The notes below the pieces were generated by a model. That model did not search any database, was not told where the DNA came from, and saw nothing but the letters and a program-made list of their open reading frames with translations. A stretch of 62,627 nt of DNA, counting the filler, from Candidatus Babelota bacterium (GTDB lineage Bacteria; JAGOBX01), in NCBI GenBank assembly GCA_017999075.1. It is 10 parts of 10 records of this genome, joined end to end, with 100 filler letters (N's around TTAATTAATTAA, not from the genome) between each part and the next. Parts side by side here need not be neighbours in the genome. Positions count along the whole stretch, not along the records: positions 1 to 21,890 come from JAGOBX010000007.1; positions 21,991 to 26,454 come from JAGOBX010000345.1; positions 26,555 to 31,014 come from JAGOBX010000346.1; 7 more parts are not named here. One strand, 5' to 3'. This document shows, piece by piece, positions 19,942 through 30,622 of this stretch. Position 1 is the first letter of the stretch; each line of letters begins with the position of its first letter. The position numbers were made by a program, and so were the translations under genes.

Positions 19942-20655
19942 TCATCTCAGTTCTGCTTCAAAAATCGCTTTATATTCTCCGTATATTGATTGAAATAATG
20001 TTATTTTTTCGATTTTTATATTTTTTTCATCAAGAACTTTATTTTTTATTAAATCTTTTTCATCGTCACTCAATCTGGAATTTTTATTTATTCTCCCAAT
20101 TGTTATATGCGGATGAAATTCTTTTTCATCAACTTCAACTCCGTATTTATCCAATTCATTATTAAAAAAACCTGCAATTTCAGAAATCTGTTTTGTCTTG
20201 TCTGTTACTCCAATCCACAAAACCTTTGGTTTTTCAAATCCTGGAAAAACTCCATAGTTTAACCCTGCGGATATTTCAAACTTGTCATATTTCAATGACG
20301 CTTTTTTCATCAAACCTATAATGTTTTTTAATAATTCCTCATTTGTTTCACCTATAAATTTCAAGGTTATATGAAATTTCTCTAAAGGTTCCCATTTGAA
20401 TTTTCCACCAACTTCTGACTGAATATTTTTTTTCAAAACATTAATAAACTTCTTTTGATCAGCGTCAAAATTAATTCCGATAAATGTGCGTATAGATTCT
20501 GAATTTTTGAATAAACGGGAATATCTCAATCCGCTTTCATCATTGTTTTTTTCAGAAATGTTCTGATTCATAGTCTTTTCCTCTACACTATTTGAACAGC
20601 ATAATTGCAATAACAAACCTGCAAGCAATATTATAATACGTAATTTTTTTTTCAT
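19942..20655 (-). CDS. thpR: RNA 2',3'-cyclic phosphodiesterase (2H phosphoesterase) with N-terminal signal-like extension
   Basis: RTFIGI, two HxT motifs (HITLKFIG, PHITIGR), FP...PKVLWIG. Confidence 0.85.
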   Translation of the reverse strand: MKKKLRIIILLAGLLLQLCCSNSVEEKTMNQNISEKNNDESGLRYSRLFKNSESIRTFIGINFDADQKKFINVLKKNIQSEVGGKFKWEPLEKFHITLKFIGETNEELLKNIIGLMKKASLKYDKFEISAGLNYGVFPGFEKPKVLWIGVTDKTKQISEIAGFFNNELDKYGVEVDEKEFHPHITIGRINKNSRLSDDEKDLIKNKVLDEKNIKIEKITLFQSIYGEYKAIFEAELR

Positions 20656-20684
20656 GGTGGTTATTAAAAGCCCTTGGTGGCAGC

Positions 20685-20951
20685 CTAATCTTCAAAAAAT
20701 TTTACAGCTATGAATTTTAAACAATGATTGCATTGAACTGATGAATAACCTGTTTGAGCATTTTTAAACTCGCCGGAATTATATGACAAATCAATAAATT
20801 TATCACAAAACGGACAAATTATTTCATCGTCTAAATAAACCTCCACAAGTTTGCTTATTACTATTTTTTTTAATCCGTTAATCTGAAACATATCCATGAT
20901 GCAATTATTATACTTTTGTTGGTTTATAAAGTCAAAATAAAAATATTCCAA
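20685..20951 (-). CDS. Small putative Zn-ribbon protein
   Basis: CPFC and CNHC pairs; start uncertain. Confidence 0.5.
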   Translation of the reverse strand: MEYFYFDFINQQKYNNCIMDMFQINGLKKIVISKLVEVYLDDEIICPFCDKFIDLSYNSGEFKNAQTGYSSVQCNHCLKFIAVKFFED

Positions 20952-21041
20952 AATTCAGTTGAATAAATTATAATACTTGATTGTAAAAAACTATATTATT
21001 TAGCAGCAGTTTTTAAAATTTAATATTTTTTTTATTTTTAT

Positions 21042-21070
21042 CCCAACCTTTTTAATGGTTGGCGCGTAAT
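21042..21070 (+). promoter_or_regulatory. Candidate ECF-sigma autoregulatory promoter
   Basis: CCCAAC-N17-CGTAAT resembles the AAC...CGT ECF pattern, about 35 nt upstream of the ECF sigma gene. Confidence 0.45.
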
Positions 21071-21105
21071 ACTGATATAATAAAAATTGATGCGGCGCAG
21101 CAATT

Positions 21106-21579
21106 ATGAAAATTAACAATAAATTCGACGGATTATACGAATCTTATAAAGAAGGCGTTTACGCTTTTATACTGTCAAGAACAAAAAACAAAGATGATTC
21201 TTGGGACATTTTTCAGGATGTTTTTACAAAAGTATTTGAAAAAATCAGCGTTTTAGACGAAGAAAAGAATATTAAATCATATATATTTACATTAACTTAT
21301 AACAAAATCGCCGATTATTTCAGAAAAAACAATACCAACATAGAACTTGATGAAAATCTCGAATATCAAAAAAATAGTTTTCAGGATAGTTCGCTGTTAA
21401 AACTTGATATAACCGAAGGACTTAGAAAGGTTACTCAAAGGGAAAAAGAAATTTTTGAATTAAAATACTATTTTAATTATAAAATTTCTGAAATTTCTGA
21501 AAAATTGAATGTCAGCGAAGGAGCAGTCAAACGGTATTTGTTTGATGCAACTCTTAAACTGAAGGAGTTTTTAAAATGA
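21106..21579 (+). CDS. ECF-type RNA polymerase sigma factor
   Basis: Region 2 (DIFQDVF..V) and region 4 (EISEKLNVSEGAVKRYL); 157 aa. Confidence 0.9.
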   Translation: MKINNKFDGLYESYKEGVYAFILSRTKNKDDSWDIFQDVFTKVFEKISVLDEEKNIKSYIFTLTYNKIADYFRKNNTNIELDENLEYQKNSFQDSSLLKLDITEGLRKVTQREKEIFELKYYFNYKISEISEKLNVSEGAVKRYLFDATLKLKEFLK

Positions 21580-21890
21580 ATAAAAACAATTGTGATTTTT
21601 TCAAAGAACAAATTATGCTAAAATTTTACGGAGAACCTTATGAAAATTCTATTTTAACGCATATCGAAAATTGTCCCGGTTGTAAAAAATTCGAAAAAGA
21701 ATTAACAGAAAAATTTGAATTTAATTCTCCGGAAAATAAATTCGATTCTATAAAAAAAGAAATAACTTTAAACCAAAATGTTTTTTTTAAATTTTTCAAT
21801 TCTAATTTTATAAAGTATTCTGCTGCGGTTATTATTATATTGTTTTTACCTGTAATTTTGGTGTTAAATTCAGGAAAAAAAAATATTGAA
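21576..21890 (+). CDS. Zinc-binding (ZAS) anti-sigma factor, truncated at contig end
   Basis: HIENCPGC (HxxxCxxC) followed by a TM helix; ATGA overlap with the sigma gene. Confidence 0.75.
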
Positions 21891-21990
21891 NNNNNNNNNN
21901 NNNNNNNNNNNNNNNNNNNNNNNNNNNNNNNNNNTTAATTAATTAANNNNNNNNNNNNNNNNNNNNNNNNNNNNNNNNNNNNNNNNNNNN
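21891..21990. other. Artificial contig linker
   Basis: N44-TTAATTAATTAA-N44. Same linker at 26455-26554, 31015-31114, 35556-35655, 40096-40195, 44633-44732, 49137-49236, 53635-53734 and 58132-58231. Confidence 0.99.
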
Positions 21991-21992
21991 TA

Positions 21993-24900
21993 AAAATTTA
22001 TTCTGTTAAATTAAAAGATTTTAAAAATAATGCCGGCACTAAAATAAGGTTATTAAAAAAAATTTTAGAGTTAACACCTGACCGCGACGATTTAATTTAT
22101 GATCTTGCCGTAAAATATTTTGAAACTGGAAAAATAAATGAAAGTATAACAAAATTTGAAAACATTTACAAAAAATTTCCTGATTATAAAGATGCGGGAC
22201 AATATCTTGTAAAAGGCTATTTTAAAACAGGCAACACTGATAAAGTGAATAGTTTGCTTGATTCAGGAATAGATATTGCAAATGACAGGGAATTGTTGAA
22301 TCACGGCGCGCGCCTTATGCTGAATCAAAAAAAATATAAAACGGCAATATCTTTTCTTGTAAAACTTAAGTTGCTTGAAGAATCTCCTGAAGTGTACAAG
22401 AGTCTCGGAGATGCTTATTCGGAGGAACAGAATTTTGAATTAGCTATCCAGCATTATGAACGGTATATGAGCATGATTCATCATCAAACTCCTGATTTGC
22501 TAAAAAAAATGGCAGAATTGTGTTTGAAAACCGACGATTCCGTAAAGGCATACAATTATTATAAAAAGTATCATGAATCAGGAACAGGCGCAAAAAATAA
22601 AGAAATTATTTCGATATTAGCAGACCTTGGCAAAAAAATAGGGCAAACCGAATATATAAAATTTTACGAGGAATTGCTTTCTGAAAACAGCGGAGATATC
22701 GGAATATTAATCGAACTTTTTAATTATAATTATTCTGATAAGGCGAAACGTGAAAAATATTGCAATGCAGTAATCAATGCGCTGGCTAAAAGAACAGATG
22801 CAGCAGATTATAAATTTGAAGAATCTGTTTTGGAAAAAATAATTGAAACATTTTATGATAATAAGAGGTATGCGGATATAATAAAATATGGGGAAAAAAG
22901 AAAACTTAATCCCAAGCTCCAAATTATTTTTGAAAATTCATTTGAACTTCTCGGTGATTCTTTTTATGCTGAGAAAAAATATAAAGAAGCTAAAAATTAT
23001 TATGAAATAGCGTATGATTTCAAAAAAAATAAAAATGGCGATTTGACAGGGATATCTGAAAAACTTGGGAATTGCGGATATTATTTAAATGATTATGCTT
23101 TCTCAATAAAATATTATGAAATTTCTCTTAAACATAAGATGCCTCATTTTAAACTCGGAGAATCATATTATAAATTGAATGATTATAAAAATGCCGAAAA
23201 ATATTTTAATCCTGATTCTTCGGATAAGACCGAATTGTTTTACCTGAAAAAAATATTTGCTGCAAACAATAATAAAGATATGTTAGTTAAAGTTTTAAAA
23301 AACATTATTAAAATATCAGGCGAAGATTATTTGACTCAGGTTGAACTTGGAGAATTAATATATGAAACCGGAAATTATAAGGATTCCGAAAAATATTTAA
23401 ACTTGCAGTTTATTGAAAAATGTAAAAATAATATAGATGGAAAACGTTATAAAAAATTGTTGTATTATTCAGGAATTGCTACAAATGGCAAAATTAAACA
23501 AGAGGAAACTATACGTCTTATTGAAAACGGAGTTTCATTAGAAAATTATAAAGAACAGGCAAGTTTTATTATTGCCGGAATATTTTACAGCAGAAATGAT
23601 TTTGCCGCTGCAGAAAAATATTATAGAAATATCAGCAGTTCAAATATTGAGTATAATAATGCAAAACGTAAAATTCTTGAAATAAATAAAATTAACCTGA
23701 AAAATTCTATATCAAAAAAAGATTATAATTCTGCATTGGAGTATTCTTTGAAAATAGAAGAAACAGGCGGAACTGATCTGGAAAATTTATTGATACAGGC
23801 TGATATTTACGGGCAATTAAAAAAATATAATGAAGCCATATCTGTTTGCGATAAAATTATTAAAGAAGGGTATTCTGAACTTGACAGGATAAATTTAAAA
23901 AAAGCCGAATTTTACAAAAGAAAAGGCGATTATGATAATTGGATTAATATTATTTCTAAATATTCGGAAAACAATTCCAATTATATTATGGAAATAGCTG
24001 AGTATTATGAACAGTCCGGGAATAGTGATAAATCAATAGATTATTATGGAAAACATTATGTCAAGACAGGAGATTACTCGACTGCGGCTAAAATAGCGGA
24101 TCTTTATTTGAAAAGCAATAAAGAACCAATGGCTATTCAGTATTTGCTCAAACTTCAGGGAACTCCTAAATTTGAAACCGGATATGCTGAAAAACTGGTA
24201 AAACTGCTGTTTAAATATGAACGTTACGATGATCTTGAAAATTGTCTTGTCTCTCTGAATAAAAATAATTTTAAACCTGAATATTATTATTATTTAGGAG
24301 TGTCGTTTACATATTCTAAAAAATATGAAAAATCAATAGAATCTTTAAATTCGGCAATTAAAAACGGATTTTATGCAGTTGAACTTTTTGAACTCGGAAC
24401 CGAAAATTCTTTTTTAATAAGAAAGTTCGATCAGTCTTTAAAGTTTGCGGTTAAAGGATTGGAATTATATCCTGATAAATCGGAAAAATTAATTGCGTAT
24501 GCAGGAAAATCTTGTTTTGAACTTGGAGACTATACACAAGCTGAAAAATATTTTATGAAATTAAAAAATGATACTGAACTAAAAAAAATCACAGATACTG
24601 CCAGATACAATATGATAAAGAAATTGTTTGAATTAAAGAAATTTGCTGAAATTATTGAAAAATTCAGAATGATAGAAACTGAAGATATTAAACAAAAATT
24701 ATCGTTTGAACTGGCAAAATCATATTTTTATTTAAAAAATTATAAAGAATCAGAAAAATATTTTGGTTTGATGGATAAGAAATTTCTTGCAGGAAAACAA
24801 AACATAGAAACAATTTATGAATATGCTTTTGTCAAAAAAGAGACATCAAGAATTAATGAAGGATTTAAAATATTATCGCAGAACGAAGATTTTCTTGGAG

Positions 24901-26454
24901 AAAATGAACTTAAACTTTATCTTGAATTTTCAAAAAAACTTGAACTTGAAAAAGAATATGTGAAAACTCTAACTAAACTTGCAGATTTGAATAAACAGGA
25001 TATAGACATAGCTATTGAACTGGCAGGATATTATTTTGAAAACAGAGATTATAAAAATGCTATTGCATCTGCAAACCGTCTTATAACTTTAAAAAATGTC
25101 AATCCTGATAAATTGAATAAACTTAAATATTATCTGGCTGTATCGTATTATGCGGCAGGATTATACGATAGCGCTGAAAAATATTTTTTTGATTTAACAA
25201 GTATAAATTATCCTGATAAAAGGATATATACTTATTATTCGTTTATATTAAACAAATCAGGAGATTATCTTCAATCAGCAGCGCTTTTGAAAAAAGATAG
25301 AATAGATCCGTCTATGGAACAGGCGGCCGGTCAATTGATGATTGACAATTCTAAAAAAATAATGGAAGCATATTACAAATCAAAAAATTTCGGGAAATGC
25401 ATAGAATTTTATGAATCATTGTCTAAAGAAATAAAAGTTTCATCTGAAGGAATTATATTTATTGCCGGTGTTTCATATTATCATCTTGATAATTTTGAAA
25501 AATCCGAATTATTGCTGAAACAGATTGAACATTCGGGCTATGATGATTTTTCTGTGAAAAAAATTCTTGCTGAAATTTATGAAAAAAAATCAAATTATAA
25601 AAATCTTGAAGAATATTATTTTGCGTTGAGCAGAACAGATAATACTTATTTAAAAAAGTTGGGAGAATTATACAAAAAAAACAACGAAATAGATTCTGCC
25701 ATAGCGGTATTTGAAAAGATAATAGTTCAAGAAAATAAAACAGAAAATATTATTACGCTTTTTGATTTGTATAAAATAAAGAATGATAAACGGAAAGCTA
25801 TTGACGTTCTTGTTAAATATCTTACTATCGAATATAATGAGAAATATGCTTTAATTTTATCTGAATATTTTCTGTCTGACAAAGATCATATAAGTTCATT
25901 GAAATGGAGCGGAGTTGTTATAAAAAACAATCCTAAATCAGGAAAAGCAAGATTTTTGGCTGGTATGGCATATGAACTTTATGGTGATTACAAGACAGCG
26001 GAAGAAAATTTTAGAATGGCAGGAATTCTGAATTATGATGAACAGCTGATTTTCCCGAAATTGCTTTATTCTATATATAAACAGAAAAAATATGATGAAC
26101 TTACAAAACTTGTTTCGGCTGATTATAAAAAAACTCTGGAATACTTATCGAAATCAGATGAAACCTCTTCAGAATGGGATGATATAAAACTCAAATGTTA
26201 TTACAATACAGGAGATTATGAGAATTCGTCTAAAATAATTTTGAAACAAATCAAAAATTCTGATTCAAATCTTGATTTAGATTTGGCGTTGAACATTTTT
26301 TACAAGACTGGCGAACTGACTGAAGCAGAAAATATAATAAAACGCGAAGGTTTTTCCAGTGATAACATAAAAATAAAATATGAAATTTTCAGGATGTTAG
26401 GCGATAGAAAAAACGAATCGTTATATCTTGGTGAAATAATAAAAAATAAAGAAA
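21993..26454 (+). CDS. Very large TPR-repeat protein, open at both contig ends (>1480 aa)
   Basis: Frame is open from 21993 to the linker; many TPR-like units (LGDAY, YYLGVS, ELAKSYF, AGMAYEL). Confidence 0.85.
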
Positions 26455-26556
26455 NNNNNNNNNNNNNNNNNNNNNNNNNNNNNNNNNNNNNNNNNNNNTT
26501 AATTAATTAANNNNNNNNNNNNNNNNNNNNNNNNNNNNNNNNNNNNNNNNNNNNGT

Positions 26557-27423
26557 CCAGGGGCAAGTTATGCTCGTTTTTATTATTCGACATATTCATC
26601 ATTTTATTATTACGGCAACACATCTTATATTACTCCTACAGGCGATTATATTGAGTGTGCTGTGCCATATTCAAACAGTTATATTACAAATAATGGCATT
26701 AACTATTGGTATGCTCAAATATATTATCCCAATAACTCCAGTATAAGATTTCCTGCATCTATGTATTTTCAATTTGATTCATTTTCTAACTATTTTGCAG
26801 CCAATCCTACTCCAGATATAAACCAGTTAATATCACAAAATGTATATTCTGTTGAAAATGGTCAATTTTTTAAAATATATGCCCCTGGAGCGAGCTATGC
26901 TCGTTTTTATTATTCGACATATTCATCATTTTATTATTACGGCAACACATCTTATATTACTCCTACAGGCGATTATATTGAATGTACTGTGCCATATTCA
27001 AATAGCTATATTACAAACAATGGAATTAATTATTGGTATGCTCAAATTTATTTTCCAAATAATACAAATTTTCGATTTCCAATTTCTGGCTATTTTTATT
27101 TTCCGGTTGCTACATCATATACTATTTCCAACCCTTTACCAGCAAACAATTCTACAGTAACGCCTGGAGCCAATGGTCAAAATTTTAAAATTTATGCTCC
27201 CGCAGCAAAATATGCTCGTATATATTATTCAACATATTCATCATTTTATAATTACAATTATACTTCAAATATTTCACCTACAGGTGGTTATATTGAGTGT
27301 ACTATACCATATTCAAACAGTTATATTACGAACAAAGGAATTAATTATTGGTATGTGCAAATTTATTATAATTATGATACTGTTCGTTATCCATTAAGCG
27401 GATATTTAAATTTTACAGTAAAT
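26557..27423 (+). repeat. Intragenic tandem repeats (offsets 327 and 315 bp)
   Basis: Equivalent positions at 26557, 26884 and 27199; 26569-26654 is identical to 26896-26981 (86 bp). Confidence 0.9.
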
Positions 27424-27426
27424 TAA
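26557..27426 (+). CDS. C-terminal part of a Tyr/Ser/Asn-rich protein with at least 3 tandem ~105-aa repeats
   Basis: Frame is open back to the contig start; three copies of APGASYARFYYSTY...YIECTVPYSNSYITNNGINYWY. Confidence 0.8.
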   Translation, partial: PGASYARFYYSTYSSFYYYGNTSYITPTGDYIECAVPYSNSYITNNGINYWYAQIYYPNNSSIRFPASMYFQFDSFSNYFAANPTPDINQLISQNVYSVENGQFFKIYAPGASYARFYYSTYSSFYYYGNTSYITPTGDYIECTVPYSNSYITNNGINYWYAQIYFPNNTNFRFPISGYFYFPVATSYTISNPLPANNSTVTPGANGQNFKIYAPAAKYARIYYSTYSSFYNYNYTSNISPTGGYIECTIPYSNSYITNKGINYWYVQIYYNYDTVRYPLSGYLNFTVN

Positions 27427-27467
27427 ATTTTATAGAAGTTCAAATCTTATTATGGAATTGATAAAAA

Positions 27468-28262
27468 ATGTCTTGTAAAGAAAAAAAATTATGTCCACCA
27501 AATAATATTTTATACAAATACACAACTGCTGAACGGGGATTAGCTATATTAAATTCTGGGAAAATATTTTTTCCAAAAGCATTTCGGTTTAATGAGCCAT
27601 TTGATTGTACGTTGCCTTTTACTGATGAAATTACTCAAGAAGATTTTATTACAGGCGCATTCAGAATAACGAAAAAAGATAAAGAGAAAATTAAAAATTA
27701 TACTGATAAAATCGAGCAATCTTTTACAGATAATTTTGAATTTAACGAAGATATCAAAAAGAACAATAAAAAAATTTATCAAGAATTCATAGAATCAAAT
27801 GAAAATTCAGGAATTTTATCTTTATCTGAAGATCCTATGAATCCGCTGATGTGGGCGCACTACGCTGAATCGCATAAAGGAATATGTATCGGTTTTAAAC
27901 TTGAAGGATTTGAAGATAAAGATAAAATATTAAAAGTCCAATATAGCAATGAAATACCTGATATTAGACTTGGTGAAATATTATATTTTGATGGAAGACT
28001 TAGTACTAAATTATTTGCTACAAAAGCTATTGACTGGGCATACGAAAAAGAATGGCGTATTCTTACAAAAAAAGGCGATAATTATGAAGATATTCCTGGT
28101 AAAATATGTGAAATTATACTTGGATACCGTATAGATGACACTACCAAAAAAAATGTAAGCAAAATCTGTAATGAAAAAAATATTAAGTATTATTTTTGTG
28201 ATAAAGTTGAGGATAAATTTGAGTTTTATAAATCCGTAATAAAAGTTGAAAAAAATGATTAA
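27468..28262 (+). CDS. DUF2971-family protein
   Basis: LYKY, FNEPFD, SLSE..NPLMWAHYA..HKGICIGF, V.Y, K..DWAYEKEWR, IILG. Confidence 0.85.
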   Translation: MSCKEKKLCPPNNILYKYTTAERGLAILNSGKIFFPKAFRFNEPFDCTLPFTDEITQEDFITGAFRITKKDKEKIKNYTDKIEQSFTDNFEFNEDIKKNNKKIYQEFIESNENSGILSLSEDPMNPLMWAHYAESHKGICIGFKLEGFEDKDKILKVQYSNEIPDIRLGEILYFDGRLSTKLFATKAIDWAYEKEWRILTKKGDNYEDIPGKICEIILGYRIDDTTKKNVSKICNEKNIKYYFCDKVEDKFEFYKSVIKVEKND

Positions 28263-28320
28263 AAGCAGTATATTCAACAAAATTTCAGATTAAATATTTA
28301 AAAACAAGGAGTTAATTTTT

Positions 28321-28563
28321 ATGCAAGATGATGAAAACAAATCTATCAAAAAAAGAATAGTAGAGATGATATCTGAATTTTCTATAAAAAATAATATCGC
28401 TGCAACAAAGCTGTATATTCCGAGAAAAGAAGCGAATTATTTAACATTAGAGGTTCAAAATATTCCCCGCACTGAATCTTTTGAAAGTTATATAAAAAGC
28501 AACGGTAATCGATTTTTGGGAATGGCGGTTATATGGGATGCACAACAATTAAAAGTTGAATAG
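28321..28563 (+). CDS. Hypothetical protein (80 aa)
   Basis: AGGAG RBS; no family recognised. Confidence 0.65.
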   Translation: MQDDENKSIKKRIVEMISEFSIKNNIAATKLYIPRKEANYLTLEVQNIPRTESFESYIKSNGNRFLGMAVIWDAQQLKVE

Positions 28564-28612
28564 ACTAATACGATTTAAAAACTGTCACTATTATGTAAAA
28601 CTGAGGTGAATA

Positions 28613-28942
28613 ATGAATTTATCAGAATTATATGAATACAGTAAACTCGATTTTATTCCCCAAAAAATAGGTTATTATTATTTGTACGACAAATATAAAA
28701 ATTTTATTTATGTCGGTTATACCAACGATTTAAATAGAAGAATAAAAGAACATTTTTCTGAATCAGAAGAAAATAAAATTATAAAAAATAAATTTAAATT
28801 TTTCGAATTACATCTAACAAAAACAATTGATGAAGCAGAAAACAAAGAAGGCGAAAAATATGATGAATATTATTTAAAATATGGTAAACCTCCGGAAGCA
28901 AATTTAATTAAACCTAAAAAATCAAATATTGAGGTAAGTTAA
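28613..28942 (+). CDS. Stand-alone GIY-YIG nuclease
   Basis: GYY-x10-YVG, LNRRIKEH, AENKE, PEAN; GAGGTG RBS. Confidence 0.85.
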   Translation: MNLSELYEYSKLDFIPQKIGYYYLYDKYKNFIYVGYTNDLNRRIKEHFSESEENKIIKNKFKFFELHLTKTIDEAENKEGEKYDEYYLKYGKPPEANLIKPKKSNIEVS

Positions 28943-28943
28943 A

Positions 28944-29537
28944 ATGAAAATAATTAAAAATGCAGGAGTTTGTATCATTGACATTGACGGCTATTCTAAG
29001 AAAAAGATGGAAATTCAATATATAATTGTTCAATCTTTAAATCACGCTATTATAAAAGCCAAAAACAGTGAAGAATGTAAAAATTTTAATAAAACAATTT
29101 ATAAATATATTTCTACTGGTGATGGATTTATAATTATAGGCAAAGATATAGGTTTGCTTTTAACAATGATGAAATCATTTATTATTGAACTTAATAATTC
29201 TCCTGAAAAGGTTTATGATAAAAAAAATAACATCAGTATTTCAGACATGTTTCCTTCATTCCATTTATCTTTTCATATTGGAGATGTGTTTAAATTTACT
29301 GATGTAAATAATGAGGAAAATTATTCGGGCGATGGAATAAATTATTGTCAAAGAATAAACTCGGCAACGGGTTCTAATCAGGTTTTAATTTCAGCAACAA
29401 CATATAATAAAATTAAAGATGATAATTTTTTTAAAGATTTAAACTTTGAAGAATTGATTATTAAAATAAAACATAAAGAACGAATGCGTGTTTATAATGT
29501 ATATAATGAAGCAAATACTTTTGGAAGCAAAAAATAA
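28944..29537 (+). CDS. Stand-alone class III nucleotide cyclase with non-canonical specificity residues
   Basis: IIDIDGYS, STGDGF, FHIGDV, NYSGDGINYCQRI, QVLIS. Confidence 0.85.
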   Translation: MKIIKNAGVCIIDIDGYSKKKMEIQYIIVQSLNHAIIKAKNSEECKNFNKTIYKYISTGDGFIIIGKDIGLLLTMMKSFIIELNNSPEKVYDKKNNISISDMFPSFHLSFHIGDVFKFTDVNNEENYSGDGINYCQRINSATGSNQVLISATTYNKIKDDNFFKDLNFEELIIKIKHKERMRVYNVYNEANTFGSKK

Positions 29538-29578
29538 AAGGAAAATATATTTATTAAAAATTAAAAGGTAGTTTTATT

Positions 29579-29845
29579 ATGAACGATTTTGACAAAAACT
29601 CAAATAAAAAAATAAATCCGTTAGGATTAATTATTAGCATAGCGGGCGTTGGTTGTTTTCTATATGAATTTATCTCAAGAAGCAAAATGAGCAGCAGGAT
29701 TTCTGATATGGGTTTTTCTTCATCAACGGCTTCCGAATTAACACGAATGATAATTAATGATTCTGATTTTGGTTTTGTAAATTTCTATTTGGTTGGAATT
29801 ATATTAGTTATTGCTGGTTTGTTTTTAATCCGGTCAAAAAAGTAA
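29579..29845 (+). CDS. Small two-TM membrane protein
   Basis: Hydrophobic segments LGLIISIAGVGCFLY and FYLVGIILVIAGLFLI. Confidence 0.7.
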   Translation: MNDFDKNSNKKINPLGLIISIAGVGCFLYEFISRSKMSSRISDMGFSSSTASELTRMIINDSDFGFVNFYLVGIILVIAGLFLIRSKK

Positions 29846-29864
29846 ACAATCGGGGTGTAATATA

Positions 29865-30517
29865 ATGAAATTGAAATTATTATTGTTTTCAATTTGTCTT
29901 TTAACTGTAAGCGGTTGCGATGGGGCGTTGCCTATTTCATGGACAGTATTATTGACGGGAATAGGGGTAGCAATCAGTCAAACTTTAAAAGAAAATGAAG
30001 CTAATAAAAAAAGAAGGAAGCTGAAAGGCAGGAATATGAAAAAAAAACTGTTGACACAGATGATGTATTGCAATCATTAGAAAAATCTTATAAACTATTT
30101 GAAAAAAATATGTTGTCTCAAATTGAATTTGCAAATAGAAAAGAAGAAATTTTAAAAGTATTTGAACAGAAAACTGTAAATGATAAATGGGAAAAATTTA
30201 TATTGAAGTTTATACCCTCATATAACAGAAAAATAATAAATTTTAAAGAATTCAGATATATGCTTAAATTTACAGACAAAAATAATACAGATATTTACGA
30301 TGATGTTCTTAAAGGATTATTTGAGTTAAGTGATATTTTTAAAGCAGATGTTATAACAAAAGATGAAATAGATATAATAAAAACTAATTTAATAGATAAA
30401 ATCGAGAAAAGAAATATATCTAACGGAGAGGATTTTTTATTACAAATATCAGATTTGAAAGAAAATAATTTTTTAACTGAAAAAGATATTTTTGAGATTA
30501 AGAAAAAAATATGGTAG
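29865..30517 (+). pseudogene. Membrane/lipoprotein with SHOCT-like repeats, split by a frameshift at an A7 run
   Basis: Adding one A at 30006-30012 joins ORF 29865 to the frame of ORF 30068, reading KKKEAERQEYEKKTVDTDDVLQSLEKSYKLFEKNMLSQIEFANRK. Confidence 0.6.
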
Positions 30518-30622
30518 GTTATAAGTGTATATAAACGGAACAGATATTTCAGAAAATATTTATAATTGCAGATTTTAGGAACTGCTCAAGATTATTTTTA
30601 AAATGTAGCGAGGTTTTTTATT

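Noticed and set aside
26557-27426. Near-identical repeats as a DGR template/variable pair or CRISPR array
   Set aside because: Differences are largely synonymous third-position changes and not adenine-specific; repeats are in-frame protein domains; no RT or cas gene is visible.
27427-30622. Integron cassette array
   Set aside because: Spacers are short, unrelated to each other, and show no attC-like inverted repeats; no integrase is visible.
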